Shown here piece after piece: positions 8,912 to 19,368 of a stretch of DNA of 64,000 nt (positions are counted from its first letter, which is position 1; each line of letters opens with the position of its first letter). The notes under the pieces are model-generated. The model worked only from the letters and a program-made list of their open reading frames with translations, was not told where the DNA came from and did no database searches. The DNA is from Burkholderiaceae bacterium. Its GTDB lineage: Bacteria; Pseudomonadota; Gammaproteobacteria; Burkholderiales; Burkholderiaceae_B. A program made the position numbers and the translations under genes. The stretch spans positions 5,363 to 69,362 of the forward strand of contig JAXISZ010000008.1 of the NCBI GenBank assembly GCA_034680345.1. The letters are read 5' to 3'.

Positions 8912-11584
8912 TTGCATTTGAGCAATTCAATGACATCTTCCTCTACCGATCCCATTGTTCAAAATCAGCAGGTTCATTGGGAAGTGGCTGAAAACAGTTT
9001 TATACAGCTTCGCTTGCCGGCTTTGTATGCACAAGACGATATTTATCAAAAGGCATCTGCTTGGTTATCTGCAATTGCTGTTGCGCGTTTTCAGTGGCGC
9101 GAAATTTTAAGTGAAGCTGGTTGTGGCCGGCTGTTTTGCTATGCCATGCAGTGGTTGGCTGTGCCGCAGCAGCTTATTGGGTTACCGGTAGATATTATTT
9201 TGCAAGGCGCTCAGAGCGGCAGTGTATACACTGTGGTGATCAGTGCAATAAAAGTTTCTGGCGGCGCAAGCAATGGCATTACTTGGTTTGAGCTTAGCTT
9301 GCAAGATGCGTTAACGTTTTGGGCGCAAACGGTTCGCGATCGCGTTTTTAATGATATGGACGCGTTAGCAATCACTCGTCAAGTATTGGCCCAGTGCGTT
9401 CCTGAGCATTTTAAGTTGCCTTTTGTTTTGGTGTTGGACGAACAAGCCTTACAAAATACCGTCATGACTTCAGAGGTGCCTGTGCGGCCTTTTACTTTGC
9501 AGTATAGGCAGTCTGATTATATGTTTTTGTTGCGTTTATGGCGTGAACATGGTTGGCATTGGCATGTGCAGTCTGCAGGAGATTTTTTTAGCGGAACATT
9601 TGTAATTGTCTTGTCCAACACCAGTGAATTCTGGCCCAATCTAGGTGGTTTTTCATATTTGCAGCAACGTGGCGACCATACCCATGGACAAGTGTTTGAC
9701 GTATGGACGCAGTTGGAGCATCAAAAGCCTGTGGTGTCAGAGTCGACGCACGCGTTTTTTGAGTCAACGCAATTGGTGGGTGGTCGTTCGGGTGTTTTGA
9801 ACTTGCGGGTGGGGCTGCGTTTTTCTGTTGAATCATTGCAACCAGCGCTTGATTTGTTGGCTGTGACATCGGTACAGGTTGTGGCGCGTAATCGTTCGAT
9901 TGAGGGTGTTTTTCAGGCTGATGGCCCCGTGTATGAAAATCAATTCACCGCCATTGAGGCAGCCATTTTTCCCCGGCAAGACTGTATAAGGCAAGTTGAT
10001 GCAAGGCAAGTGAATACAAGTCATGTGCTGCAGCCTATAGGTATGCTTACTGCCACTGTGGTCGGTAGCGATGATGGTGTGATGCAAGGGGTTGTTCATA
10101 CCGATGTGTTGGGTCGTATTCGTTTACGTTTTGAGGGTGAATTTCAGTCTTTTGATGCGCATCATCGCACGGCTTGGGTGCCAGTGGTGCAGCCGCAAGC
10201 GGGCCTGGCTGGACAAGTTTGGTTACCACGGGTGGGGGACGCGGTTGTGGTACATTTTTTAAATGGGTATCCAGATCGGCCTGTGGTCATCGGATCTTTA
10301 TATACCCAAGCTCAAGGTTTGGTGCGTTTTGCGCAGCGCAGCCAATGGCCACATGATGCCAGTTTAAGTGGTATTCGCACTCGTGCATGGCCCACTGCGG
10401 ACAAAAAAATTCAGTCTATAGTTGGCAACGAATTGATATTTGATGACCATCCATCCCATGTACAGTTGCGTTTGGCTTGCGATGTAGCCGACACCCGGTT
10501 GGCCTTGGGTTGTCTGAGTTCTCCAGCGCAACATCATGTGCGTGTGCAGCGTGGCCAGGGATTTGAATTGAGCTCAATAGGGCACGGTGTGTTGGCTGCT
10601 AACAAAGGGCTGTTGATTTCAACGCAGGCCAGTTCGCATCAACAGCCTTTATGGGGACAAGAAACTTTAGAACGTGATTGGCAAAGTATAGAACAATCGC
10701 GTAGGGTGTTGTTAGCACCCAAAAAAAGCGTCGGGGAAACGTTGGCTGGGCTTGATTCTCAAGCCTCAGATCATTCTGCTGGCGTTTTAACACCTCCTTT
10801 GGCTGCTGGTGCTTTGGTTTTACATACGCATGCAGTAGCGCACCTTCAGGCGGTAAAAGGTGTGCAAATTGCCTCAGCGGCTGGAATTTCAATGATGGCT
10901 TTGCGTAACCTTGAATTGTTTAGCAGTCAACGCATGCATTTTGTTGCTGCTGCTGGAATTGCATGGCATGCAAAACAAGGTGGTTTTGGGTTGACCGCTC
11001 AAGCCGGTGATATTGCAGTGGCCGCCTCTGAAGGCGCTGTTAAAGTTCAAGCGCATGCTAATCTTGATCTACAGAGTAACCATGGGCATGTGGTGATTCA
11101 AGCGCCCGGTTCTATTGAGTTTCGTGCAGGCGGTGCGGTTATTCGTCTGGAAAATGGCAACATTGATATTCATGCCCCGGGTGTGTTGAATATGCGAGCG
11201 CAGCGTAAATTATTTGGGGCTGCTGTTGAGCACATTATGCCTGAATCCGAAAACACAGCACAATCTACATCACAAGAGCAATTATGGGCGGTGCGTTTGC
11301 GTTGTCAAGCCGCAGACCAAGCCCCTTTGCCTGGCAGCTCATGGCGTTTGTTTGCAGTGAAAACGCCAGAAGTTTCTCAAACTACAGGGCCTATTTATCA
11401 ATTGTTGCAGCAGTCTGGTTATCAAGAGCTTGTTTGGCAAGCTCCGCATGGCAGCCCGCCAGCGCCTATGGTGGCTTTGCTTGGGCATCAACGGTGGGTG
11501 GCAAGTTTGGAGCTTGACTCTGAAGACAGTTTAGATGATGTTGAAGAACATGCAGAGGCTGACTCACATGGTCCGCAAGGGTAA
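8912..11584 (+). CDS. vgrG: type VI secretion spike protein VgrG (orphan copy)
   Basis: It has a gp5 OB-fold region (GRIRLRFEGEF...WVPVVQPQAGLAGQVWLPRVGDAVVVHFLNGYPDRPVVIGSLY). It also has a gp27-like SDYMFLLRLWREHGWHWHV motif and a DUF2345-like stretch GGAVIRLENGNIDIHAPG. Confidence 0.8.
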   Translation: MHLSNSMTSSSTDPIVQNQQVHWEVAENSFIQLRLPALYAQDDIYQKASAWLSAIAVARFQWREILSEAGCGRLFCYAMQWLAVPQQLIGLPVDIILQGAQSGSVYTVVISAIKVSGGASNGITWFELSLQDALTFWAQTVRDRVFNDMDALAITRQVLAQCVPEHFKLPFVLVLDEQALQNTVMTSEVPVRPFTLQYRQSDYMFLLRLWREHGWHWHVQSAGDFFSGTFVIVLSNTSEFWPNLGGFSYLQQRGDHTHGQVFDVWTQLEHQKPVVSESTHAFFESTQLVGGRSGVLNLRVGLRFSVESLQPALDLLAVTSVQVVARNRSIEGVFQADGPVYENQFTAIEAAIFPRQDCIRQVDARQVNTSHVLQPIGMLTATVVGSDDGVMQGVVHTDVLGRIRLRFEGEFQSFDAHHRTAWVPVVQPQAGLAGQVWLPRVGDAVVVHFLNGYPDRPVVIGSLYTQAQGLVRFAQRSQWPHDASLSGIRTRAWPTADKKIQSIVGNELIFDDHPSHVQLRLACDVADTRLALGCLSSPAQHHVRVQRGQGFELSSIGHGVLAANKGLLISTQASSHQQPLWGQETLERDWQSIEQSRRVLLAPKKSVGETLAGLDSQASDHSAGVLTPPLAAGALVLHTHAVAHLQAVKGVQIASAAGISMMALRNLELFSSQRMHFVAAAGIAWHAKQGGFGLTAQAGDIAVAASEGAVKVQAHANLDLQSNHGHVVIQAPGSIEFRAGGAVIRLENGNIDIHAPGVLNMRAQRKLFGAAVEHIMPESENTAQSTSQEQLWAVRLRCQAADQAPLPGSSWRLFAVKTPEVSQTTGPIYQLLQQSGYQELVWQAPHGSPPAPMVALLGHQRWVASLELDSEDSLDDVEEHAEADSHGPQG

Positions 11585-11696
11585 CAGACCGAGTTGTTTA
11601 AAGGGTTTGGATCAATCGATGATCAATAATTTATTTTGTGAACCTTTGCGCTTCGATTTACAATAACCCATTGGGTTAATTAAAAGTGTTAGAGCC

Positions 11697-12011
11697 GTGC
11701 CTATTTATGCTTATCGCTGTGAAACATGTGGTTTCACCAAAGATGTCTTACAAAAATTAAGTGATCCAGTGCTGCAGCAGTGTCCCTCTTGCCATGCAGA
11801 CACGTTCAAACGTCAGTTGACCGCTCCAGGGTTTCAATTGAAAGGCTCAGGTTGGTACGCCACCGATTTTAAGAGTAAAAATACACCCACTGCAAAATCT
11901 GAAACACCTGAAACGCCTGAAAAGTCTGCAACTTCTTCAGAGACTGCGTCTACATCTTCTAAACCTGCCTGTGCAGCTGCGGGTTCGTCTAGTACGCCAG
12001 TGGCTGAGTAA
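11697..12011 (+). CDS. FmdB-family zinc-ribbon protein
   Basis: The N-terminus (M)PIYAYRCETCGF...CPSCH has the CxxC...CxxC pattern. The start codon is GTG and the tail is Ser/Thr/Pro-rich. Confidence 0.7.
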   Translation: MPIYAYRCETCGFTKDVLQKLSDPVLQQCPSCHADTFKRQLTAPGFQLKGSGWYATDFKSKNTPTAKSETPETPEKSATSSETASTSSKPACAAAGSSSTPVAE

Positions 12012-12016
12012 ACTTA

Positions 12017-12631
12017 ATGAAATTATTTCGCGCACATTTGCTAACAGGTTTATTGGTTTGGGTGCCGTTGGGGGTCACGTTGTGGTTAGTGACTGCAGTG
12101 GTTGGTGTGCTAGACCAATCATTGCAAATTTTGCCCAACACTTGGCAACCACAAGCCTGGTTGGGTTTTAGTGTGCCTGGTTTGGGAGCTATATTTACAG
12201 TATTGCTGATTTGGTTAACCGGCTTGATTACTGCAAATTATGTGGGGCAGGCGGTCATGCGTTGGTGGGAGGTGTTGTTAAAAAAAATACCTTTTATCAA
12301 TTCTGTATACGCCAGTGTGAAGCAAGTTTCAGACACTTTATTGTCTTCTTCTGGTAAAGCGTTTCGCAAAGCGGTATTGGTGCCTTTTCCTGCTTCAGGT
12401 TCTTGGGCTATTGGTTTTATCACAGGCCAAGTGCCTGATCATTTAGCGCAAGATATGCAATTGGGTATGGTCAGCGTGTTCGTGCCCACTGCACCCAACC
12501 CAACTGCGGGTTTTTTATTGTTAATTAAAGCATCACAACTGCGTGATTTAAACTTATCGGTGGATGAAGCCCTAAAATACGCAGTTTCAATGGGGGTGGT
12601 AAGCCCCGTGATCAGTTCTACGGAAAAATAA
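12017..12631 (+). CDS. DUF502 family membrane protein
   Basis: It has two N-terminal TM helices plus a conserved [13 protein letters not shown] region typical of DUF502. It is tightly packed before aspS. Confidence 0.65.
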   Translation: MKLFRAHLLTGLLVWVPLGVTLWLVTAVVGVLDQSLQILPNTWQPQAWLGFSVPGLGAIFTVLLIWLTGLITANYVGQAVMRWWEVLLKKIPFINSVYASVKQVSDTLLSSSGKAFRKAVLVPFPASGSWAIGFITGQVPDHLAQDMQLGMVSVFVPTAPNPTAGFLLLIKASQLRDLNLSVDEALKYAVSMGVVSPVISSTEK

Positions 12632-12632
12632 A

Positions 12633-14432
12633 ATGACACAAATGCGTTCACATTATAGTGGCAGCTTGTCGCTTGCTCAGTTAGACCAAACCGTTGCTTT
12701 GTGTGGTTGGGTACATCGTCGACGCGATCATGGCGGGGTGATTTTTATTGATCTTCGCGATCGTGAAGGTATGGTTCAGGTGGTTTGTGATCCAGATCAA
12801 CCCGACATGTTTAAAATTGCAGAAACCATTCGCAACGAGTTTTGTGTGCGTATTGAGGGTTTGGTTCGTTGCCGTCCTGAGGGTTCGGAAAATACCAGCT
12901 TAAAGAGTGGCGAGATTGAAGTGGTGTGTAAAGTTCTGGAGATTTTAAATCCTTCCGTGACCCCACCATTTCAGTTAGACGACGAAAACTTGTCTGAAAC
13001 CACCCGTTTAACACATCGGGTTTTGGACTTGCGCCGTCCGCAAATGCAGAAAAATTTAATGTTGCGTTACAAAGTGGCCATGGCAATGCGCCAGTTTTTG
13101 GATGCCCAGGGTTTTATTGACATTGAAACCCCGATGTTAACCAAAAGTACACCTGAAGGGGCACGCGACTACTTAGTGCCTTCTCGGGTAAATGCTGGTA
13201 TGTTTTTTGCGCTACCGCAGTCTCCTCAATTATTTAAACAATTGCTAATGGTTGCTGGTTTCGATCGCTATTACCAAATTACCAAATGTTTTCGTGACGA
13301 AGACTTGCGCGCTGATCGTCAGCCCGAGTTTACTCAGGTTGATATTGAAACCTCGTTTATGGGCGAACAAGACATTCGCGACCTATTTGAGGGTATGATT
13401 CGTCAGGTGTTTGAACATACCATGGGCGTGTCTTTGCCTAATCCATTTCCTGTGATGCACTACCAAGACGCTATGTTCTTGTACGGTTCAGATAAACCGG
13501 ATTTGCGTGTGAAAATGCAGTTTACTGAGCTCACAGAAATTATGAAGACCGTTGATTTTAAAGTGTTTTCATCTGCCGCACAGATGGAAAGTGGCCGTGT
13601 GGTGGGCTTGCGAGTTCCGCAAGGGGCAGAATTAAGCCGTTCAGAAATTGACACTTACACCGCGTTTGTTGCCATCTACGGTGCTAAGGGTTTGGCTTGG
13701 ATTAAAGTTAACGATATTACCAAAGGCCGCGACGGTTTGCAAAGTCCAATTGTTAAAAATTTACATGACCAAGCCATTGCACACATTATCTCTCTGACAG
13801 GCGCTCAAAATGGCGATTTGATTTTCTTTGGGGCTGATAAAGCCAAGGTGGTCAATGACGCTATTGGCAATTTGCGTTTGAAAATTGGCCACAGTGATTT
13901 TGGTCGTCGGCATGGCTTAGCGGTGGAAGGTTGGCGGCCTTTGTGGGTGGTTGACTTCCCCATGTTTGAATTTAATGAGGAAGGCGATCGTTGGGTTGCT
14001 TGTCATCACCCCTTCACCAGCCCCAAAGATGGTCATGAAGATTGGCTAGAGACCAATCCTGGTGCGTGTTTGGCCAAAGCTTATGACATGGTGTTGAATG
14101 GCTGGGAGCTTGGCGGTGGTTCTGTGCGTATTCATCGTGAAGAAGTGCAAAGCAAAGTATTTCGCGCATTAAAAATTGATGCGGAAGAGGCACAAGCCAA
14201 ATTTGGTTTCTTGCTTGATGCTTTAAAATATGGCGCACCGCCCCATGGTGGTTTAGCCTTTGGTTTGGATCGGATTGTCACCATGATGGCCGCAGCCGAG
14301 TCCATCCGCGATGTGATTGCTTTCCCCAAAACACAGCGTGCGCAGTGTTTGCTCACCCATGCCCCTAGCCCGGTTGATGAAAAACAGTTGCGTGAATTGC
14401 ATATTCGGCAGCGTTCAGTGGAGGTTAAGTAA
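12633..14432 (+). CDS. aspS: aspartate--tRNA ligase
   Basis: The 599-aa product has class IIb motifs [28 protein letters not shown] and [10 protein letters not shown]. Confidence 0.95.
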   Translation: MTQMRSHYSGSLSLAQLDQTVALCGWVHRRRDHGGVIFIDLRDREGMVQVVCDPDQPDMFKIAETIRNEFCVRIEGLVRCRPEGSENTSLKSGEIEVVCKVLEILNPSVTPPFQLDDENLSETTRLTHRVLDLRRPQMQKNLMLRYKVAMAMRQFLDAQGFIDIETPMLTKSTPEGARDYLVPSRVNAGMFFALPQSPQLFKQLLMVAGFDRYYQITKCFRDEDLRADRQPEFTQVDIETSFMGEQDIRDLFEGMIRQVFEHTMGVSLPNPFPVMHYQDAMFLYGSDKPDLRVKMQFTELTEIMKTVDFKVFSSAAQMESGRVVGLRVPQGAELSRSEIDTYTAFVAIYGAKGLAWIKVNDITKGRDGLQSPIVKNLHDQAIAHIISLTGAQNGDLIFFGADKAKVVNDAIGNLRLKIGHSDFGRRHGLAVEGWRPLWVVDFPMFEFNEEGDRWVACHHPFTSPKDGHEDWLETNPGACLAKAYDMVLNGWELGGGSVRIHREEVQSKVFRALKIDAEEAQAKFGFLLDALKYGAPPHGGLAFGLDRIVTMMAAAESIRDVIAFPKTQRAQCLLTHAPSPVDEKQLRELHIRQRSVEVK

Positions 14433-14475
14433 AAGCATTGAGTTGGTATAGAGCCGCTGACTTTTTGGAGCTAGC

Positions 14476-14967
14476 ATGACCCAATACAAAATACCTGAAT
14501 CCGTTTTGGTGCTTATTTATAGCCCATCTCTCAACATTTTGATGTTGGAGCGGGCTGATAAGCCTGGGTTTTGGCAGTCGGTGACGGGTAGTCGAGACAC
14601 GCTAGAGGAACCTTTAACACAAACTGCCCTTCGTGAATTGAACGAGGAAACCGGTTTGCAGGTTGATACAACCGCGCAACTAGAAGGCATTGGTTCTTTT
14701 GGGGTTTTGGTGGACATGCAGCACCGTGTTGAATATGAAATTTTTCAACATTGGCGTTGGCGTTATCCTCCAGGGGTGACGCACAACATTGAGCATTGGT
14801 TTTCTTTGTGCGTAGATCAGCAAACCCCCATTCATATTGCGCCCAAAGAACATCTACAGTACCAGTGGTTGCCGTGGCAAGGGGCAGTGCAGCGGTGCTT
14901 TTCTCCAAGCAATCGTCAGGCGATTGAAGGCCTTGCGGCCCATTTTGCTGCTGCTAATGCCTATTAG
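14476..14967 (+). CDS. nudB: NUDIX hydrolase, dihydroneopterin triphosphate diphosphatase-like
   Basis: It has the NUDIX box SVTGSRDTLEEPLTQTALRELNEETGL and lies directly after aspS, as nudB does in many proteobacteria. Confidence 0.65.
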   Translation: MTQYKIPESVLVLIYSPSLNILMLERADKPGFWQSVTGSRDTLEEPLTQTALRELNEETGLQVDTTAQLEGIGSFGVLVDMQHRVEYEIFQHWRWRYPPGVTHNIEHWFSLCVDQQTPIHIAPKEHLQYQWLPWQGAVQRCFSPSNRQAIEGLAAHFAAANAY

Positions 14968-15193
14968 CGCGAAGCCGACATTGCCAATATTAAAATAAAT
15001 TATTTTAATTTGTATGTTGGTTAATTCAGAAAATACATGGGTGTTATTATGTATTTTTTCTGGAGTCAAAGGTTATCCCTATGCTACAATAATGATGTTT
15101 TCTTGTGAGTAAAAAAATAAAAACTTAGTAAGTTAAAACATTGTTAATTCACAAGTTAATAATATTTTTTTATTAATAGAAAGCGATGTTAGT

Positions 15194-15601
15194 ATGCTAG
15201 CCAGAAAGCACTTACATCACATTTTGATTATATTGTTCATGTCTTGGGCTGTGGTTTTTAGTGCAGTAGCGCCTTCTGTTTCTAAAATTTTAAACGCTTC
15301 AAATTCTTCTGTATTGCTAGAAATCTGTGGTATTGATGACCAATCCCCTCGAACTTTAAATTTACAATTCTTTAAAGAAGACGAGTCGGCTGAGGACAAT
15401 CATTTGCAGTTTGATCACTGCCAATATTGTGTGTTGCAAAGCCATTGTCCATATTTACCTATTGCAAATTTGCAATTGACTAAACCTCTGCTGCCTACAA
15501 ATCGCATCGTTTCTTCTGGCGGTGGCACTTCATTTTTCAAACACTTTCCGCTTGAGGCCAGGCTTTCCCGAGCTCCTCCTTTGTCCTCATGCTTGATTTA
15601 A
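15194..15601 (+). CDS. hypothetical exported protein, DUF2946-like
   Basis: It has an N-terminal TM/signal segment and a HCQYC cysteine motif reminiscent of DUF2946. The assignment is weak. Confidence 0.35.
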   Translation: MLARKHLHHILIILFMSWAVVFSAVAPSVSKILNASNSSVLLEICGIDDQSPRTLNLQFFKEDESAEDNHLQFDHCQYCVLQSHCPYLPIANLQLTKPLLPTNRIVSSGGGTSFFKHFPLEARLSRAPPLSSCLI

Positions 15602-15800
15602 CTCGTTTAATTTTATTGTTGCTTGGTATTGCTTATTGATATTTTATCAATTGGCAGGGTGGTGTATTTTTTTCAATCTGCGTTTTTTTCGATACATCAA
15701 AAGCACAATTAATTCTTAAAATTAATCAATTAATATTAATTCATAATTAATTTAATGGTATTAAATGATTGATGCTGTTTTGTTGTATGGGGAGGTGTTT

Positions 15801-15926
15801 ATGGATCAATTGTTTAAACAAACATTGCGTTGGTATTCGATTCGGGGAGCAAAAAGAGGTTTGTTTTTTGCGCTTATTGTTTTTAGTTTATGGTGTTCTT
15901 GGGCCATTGGTTATTTAATTTTTTAG
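15801..15926 (+). CDS. 41-aa single-TM small protein (below the ORF-track cutoff)
   Basis: The ATG at 15801 is preceded by GGGGAGG 6-7 nt upstream. The product is MDQLFKQTLRWYSIRGAKRGLFFALIVFSLWCSWAIGYLIF. It ends 18 nt before the bd-like gene. Confidence 0.4.
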   Translation: MDQLFKQTLRWYSIRGAKRGLFFALIVFSLWCSWAIGYLIF

Positions 15927-15944
15927 ATTAAACAGGGGGGTTAT

Positions 15945-17351
15945 ATGGACATGATTGGCATGTATCCCAGCTTTTATATTCCAAGTATTGGCACTGCTTG
16001 GGTGATGGGAATTATTGGTGTTGTTCATGTTGTGGCTTCGCACACATCAGTGGGTGCTTCTTTTTTGTTTGCATTATTGGAGACCAAATCTTACCGAGAA
16101 AATCAACCAGAATTAATGCAGTTTATTCAAAAGTACGGTATGTTTTTATTGATATTTTCATACATCATTGGGTCAATTACAGGCCCAGGTATTTGGTATG
16201 CCATTACCGTTGCGAGTCCACGTGGTGTGGGTGGTTTGATTCACAATTTTGTATGGGTCTGGGCGACTGAATGGGTTTATTTTACGGTTGAGGTTATTGG
16301 GGTTTACGCCTTGGTGTACTTGATAGGAAAAATCGATGCTAAAACCCATTTGAAATTGACTTGGTCTTTTGCTTTGGCCTCTTGGGCTACGATGTTACTG
16401 ATTGTTGGTATTTTGTCTTTCATGATGTGGCCAGGCAGTGATAATTGGTATCAAACAGGTTCAACCAATGACGCTTTCTACAATCTTAACTTTTTTGCAC
16501 ACTTGGGAACACGAACAGGATTGATGTTTGTCATGGCTGTTGTGGTTGGTTTGGTGGTGGCCAGTCGAATTGGCGATATGAATTTACGCAAGCAAGTGGT
16601 TAGGTATTTAACACCTATTGGCTTAGTGGCTGGTTTATTTGCGGTCATGATGTTTTTATACTATTTGCAGACTTTGCCAAGTAATGCAACGGTGATGTTA
16701 AATGTTCATCTTTTGCCAATGTATGCAAAAGCCATGGTAGCGGTTGTTTTGGTGACTGCATTGTGGTTGGTTTTTGCTTGGTGTAAGCCACAGTTTATTT
16801 ATACTTCTTTGTCTGTGGCGATGTTGGTATTTATTGCTGTGGTTGGTGTTTGGCCAGAAGAGCGTATGCGCGAATCAATGCGTAAACCTTATATTGCAGG
16901 TCAATATATCTACGGCAATCAAGTGATTGCTCGCGATGTGCCTGGTAAAGGCATTGTTGCAGAGGTTGATTTAATTGCTGAAAAAGGTATCTTACAATTG
17001 CATCCGTTTATTCCTGAACGTTTGCGCGTTGTCAATGATGAGAACCGCTTAGAAGTTGGGCAATTATTAACTAAAATCATGTGTGGAAATTGTCATGCTT
17101 TAGAGCCCAATGCACCTTTGAGAAATATCCCTGATAAATTTCATGGTTCTACCGATGAGAATTTGATCGCTGCGTTTATTCGGGGCCCTTTAAAACATGG
17201 TGCCCAGCCTTATATGCCACGCATTGATTTACCTGAAACGGAAATTCAAGCCATCGCACATTTTTTAGCAACAGTAAATACTGGTGTTGATATAAATAGC
17301 GCAATCGCTAATAAGCAAGAAAGTTTACGACGTATTTCAAGTGAGGAGTAA
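15945..17351 (+). CDS. cytochrome bd subunit-I-like polytopic membrane protein fused to a C-terminal mono-haem cytochrome c domain
   Basis: It has ~9 TM helices. The N-terminal pattern (VHVVASH..., FALLETKSY, WATEWVYFTVEV) resembles CydA by eye. The C-terminal soluble domain carries CGNCH (CxxCH). Confidence 0.55.
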   Translation: MDMIGMYPSFYIPSIGTAWVMGIIGVVHVVASHTSVGASFLFALLETKSYRENQPELMQFIQKYGMFLLIFSYIIGSITGPGIWYAITVASPRGVGGLIHNFVWVWATEWVYFTVEVIGVYALVYLIGKIDAKTHLKLTWSFALASWATMLLIVGILSFMMWPGSDNWYQTGSTNDAFYNLNFFAHLGTRTGLMFVMAVVVGLVVASRIGDMNLRKQVVRYLTPIGLVAGLFAVMMFLYYLQTLPSNATVMLNVHLLPMYAKAMVAVVLVTALWLVFAWCKPQFIYTSLSVAMLVFIAVVGVWPEERMRESMRKPYIAGQYIYGNQVIARDVPGKGIVAEVDLIAEKGILQLHPFIPERLRVVNDENRLEVGQLLTKIMCGNCHALEPNAPLRNIPDKFHGSTDENLIAAFIRGPLKHGAQPYMPRIDLPETEIQAIAHFLATVNTGVDINSAIANKQESLRRISSEE

Positions 17352-17356
17352 AATTC

Positions 17357-18577
17357 ATGGACATTGGCGTGCTAATGAATGTGATGCGTGACCCTGCTGG
17401 TTTGCCTGCGCATCCAATATTGTTTCAAGTTTTGATGGTGTTGTCTTGGGTATTTCATATTGCTTTTGTTAATTTAACGATTGGTGCTGCAGGTTTAGCG
17501 ATATATGCTTTTTTTCAGCGAGACAAATGTGTAGATTGGCAACTTTTGTCGATGGCAATGACCAAAGTGGCGAAAGTTGGCGTTTCTTTGTTGATTGTTT
17601 TGGGTGTGGCGCCTTTGTTATTTATGCAGGTAATTTACGATCCGCAATGGTATGTGTCCAATCTTTTATCTGGGGCATGGACCATTCTTTTTGTTTTTCT
17701 GTTGATTGTTGCATATTGTGCTTGGTTTGTTTTTTACTATGCCAATCAACCGGCTGCTAAGCGGCGCATTGTGTGGTTTGCTTGTTTAGCACTTGTCTTG
17801 TTGTGTGTAGATGGTTTAATTATGCACGGTTTGTCTTATCAGGCAATACTGCCTCATCAGTGGTTAGATTGGTACGCACCAAATGGTGTAGTGCATACCA
17901 GCGGTTTAAAACTGCATGCCATTGAATGGCCACGGTATGTGTTTATCATGAGTTTGTGTATGCCTGCGGTGGGTTTGTTCTTAATTGCGTATGCGCATTA
18001 TTTTGCCATTCGAGCAGACTTCGAGTTTTCTTATCTGACCTTTGTTCACACGTTTGGAAAGCGTTTAGCTTATATGGGTTTTGCTTTTTCAAGTGTATTG
18101 TTTTTAGTGTGGCAGTTTGTGCAATCCAGCGACCTGGGTTTGCAAACCCATCCGCTGGGTTGGGTGTTGTGGTTGGGTTTGGTGGTGATGACGCTTTGGT
18201 TAAATCGCGCTGTGGGTTTGATTCATCCGTATGTACCTATGCTGTGTGGTTTTTTTATTTTATTGCTGTTGGCCATTTGGCGAGAGGTGATACGTATGGC
18301 GCATTTACGGCCATTTGGTTATGACATTTCTACTTATCCGGTACACGTTGATTGGCCTTCAGCGGTGCTTTTTGTTTCAACCTTTTTGGGTGTTGGTGGT
18401 TTGGTGGGTGGGTTTTATTTAAGCCTGTTGTACCGCTGTGGTCGTGTGCAGGGTGTATATGTTGCCGACCGTTCTGTGTCTCGTATGGGCACTGCAGCAA
18501 TTGTTATTTTAGTCATTTGGATTGCAGTGTTTTTTGTGTATGGCATTACGATTTGGCTGAACAATCGTTTTAATTAA
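17357..18577 (+). CDS. polytopic membrane protein, probable partner subunit of the bd-like protein
   Basis: The 406-aa product has ~10 hydrophobic helices. Only a 5-nt gap separates it from the upstream gene. I recognise no motif. Confidence 0.5.
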   Translation: MDIGVLMNVMRDPAGLPAHPILFQVLMVLSWVFHIAFVNLTIGAAGLAIYAFFQRDKCVDWQLLSMAMTKVAKVGVSLLIVLGVAPLLFMQVIYDPQWYVSNLLSGAWTILFVFLLIVAYCAWFVFYYANQPAAKRRIVWFACLALVLLCVDGLIMHGLSYQAILPHQWLDWYAPNGVVHTSGLKLHAIEWPRYVFIMSLCMPAVGLFLIAYAHYFAIRADFEFSYLTFVHTFGKRLAYMGFAFSSVLFLVWQFVQSSDLGLQTHPLGWVLWLGLVVMTLWLNRAVGLIHPYVPMLCGFFILLLLAIWREVIRMAHLRPFGYDISTYPVHVDWPSAVLFVSTFLGVGGLVGGFYLSLLYRCGRVQGVYVADRSVSRMGTAAIVILVIWIAVFFVYGITIWLNNRFN

Positions 18578-18591
18578 TATAAAGAGGTTGT

Positions 18592-19296
18592 ATGAAGTCG
18601 AACAATTTTATTTTTTTATATGCATCTTTGTGTGTAAGCTTATTTGCTTGTTCTTTTGCTTGGGGGCAAGTGGCCCCTACAACCATGCCAGATGTCGGTG
18701 CTGGTAAGAAAAAGGCAAGCGCTTGTTTTAGTTGCCATGGTGTGGAGGGTATTTCAAAAATGCCCGGCACTCCGCATTTGGCAGGCCAAGACTCCAGTTA
18801 TTTAGAAAACGCTTTACAAGCGTATCGCGATGGTACAACACGGAAAAACGCAACGATGAATGCAATGGCAAGGGCGTTGACAAACACGGATATTGAAAAT
18901 ATTTCTGCGTACTATAGTTTAAAAACCCGCATGAACAATGGCCAATCGGCGGCACAAACTTTGGAAACTTTACAGCGAATTCGGCCTGTTGCTCGGGTTC
19001 ATTTACAATCTGTCAATGAGGATGCTAATAATTCAGTTACGCTTGTAGACTCTCCTCGTTCAGGTGATTTGATTTATCAGTCTGCTTGTTCTTCTTGTCA
19101 TGATGCTGGTTTGGTTGGAGCGCCTAAATTGGGCGATAAAGTTGCTTGGGAACAACGTTTAAACCAAGGAAAAACCATTGTGATTAAGCATGCTATTGAG
19201 GGGTATAAGAGCATGCCTGCCAAAGGTGCTTGTGGCAATTGTTCTGATCAGGAAGTGAAAGCGGCGGTGGATTACATGTTGACTTATTTAAAGTGA
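18592..19296 (+). CDS. dihaem cytochrome c (c4-like N-domain, c5-like C-domain)
   Basis: It has a signal peptide and two CxxCH sites (CFSCHG, CSSCHDAGLVGAPKLGD...MPAKGACGNCSDQEVKAAVDYM). The second is the cytochrome c5 pattern. Confidence 0.8.
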   Translation: MKSNNFIFLYASLCVSLFACSFAWGQVAPTTMPDVGAGKKKASACFSCHGVEGISKMPGTPHLAGQDSSYLENALQAYRDGTTRKNATMNAMARALTNTDIENISAYYSLKTRMNNGQSAAQTLETLQRIRPVARVHLQSVNEDANNSVTLVDSPRSGDLIYQSACSSCHDAGLVGAPKLGDKVAWEQRLNQGKTIVIKHAIEGYKSMPAKGACGNCSDQEVKAAVDYMLTYLK

Positions 19297-19368
19297 ATTA
19301 TTTGAGCCAGTGCCAGTTTTTTAAGTAGATCGGGGTTGATTTGGTTTTTCTGCACACATTCAGTGGCT

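Noticed and set aside
9588-10892. Several 60-97-aa ORFs antisense to or out of frame within vgrG.
   Set aside because: They lie inside a gene with clear VgrG motifs and have no independent signals.
17527-18573. Overlapping Cys/Phe-rich plus-strand ORFs (17527-17760, 17926-18324, 18352-18573) and 15998-16270.
   Set aside because: These are alternative frames of T-rich membrane-protein genes. The main frames give coherent TM proteins.
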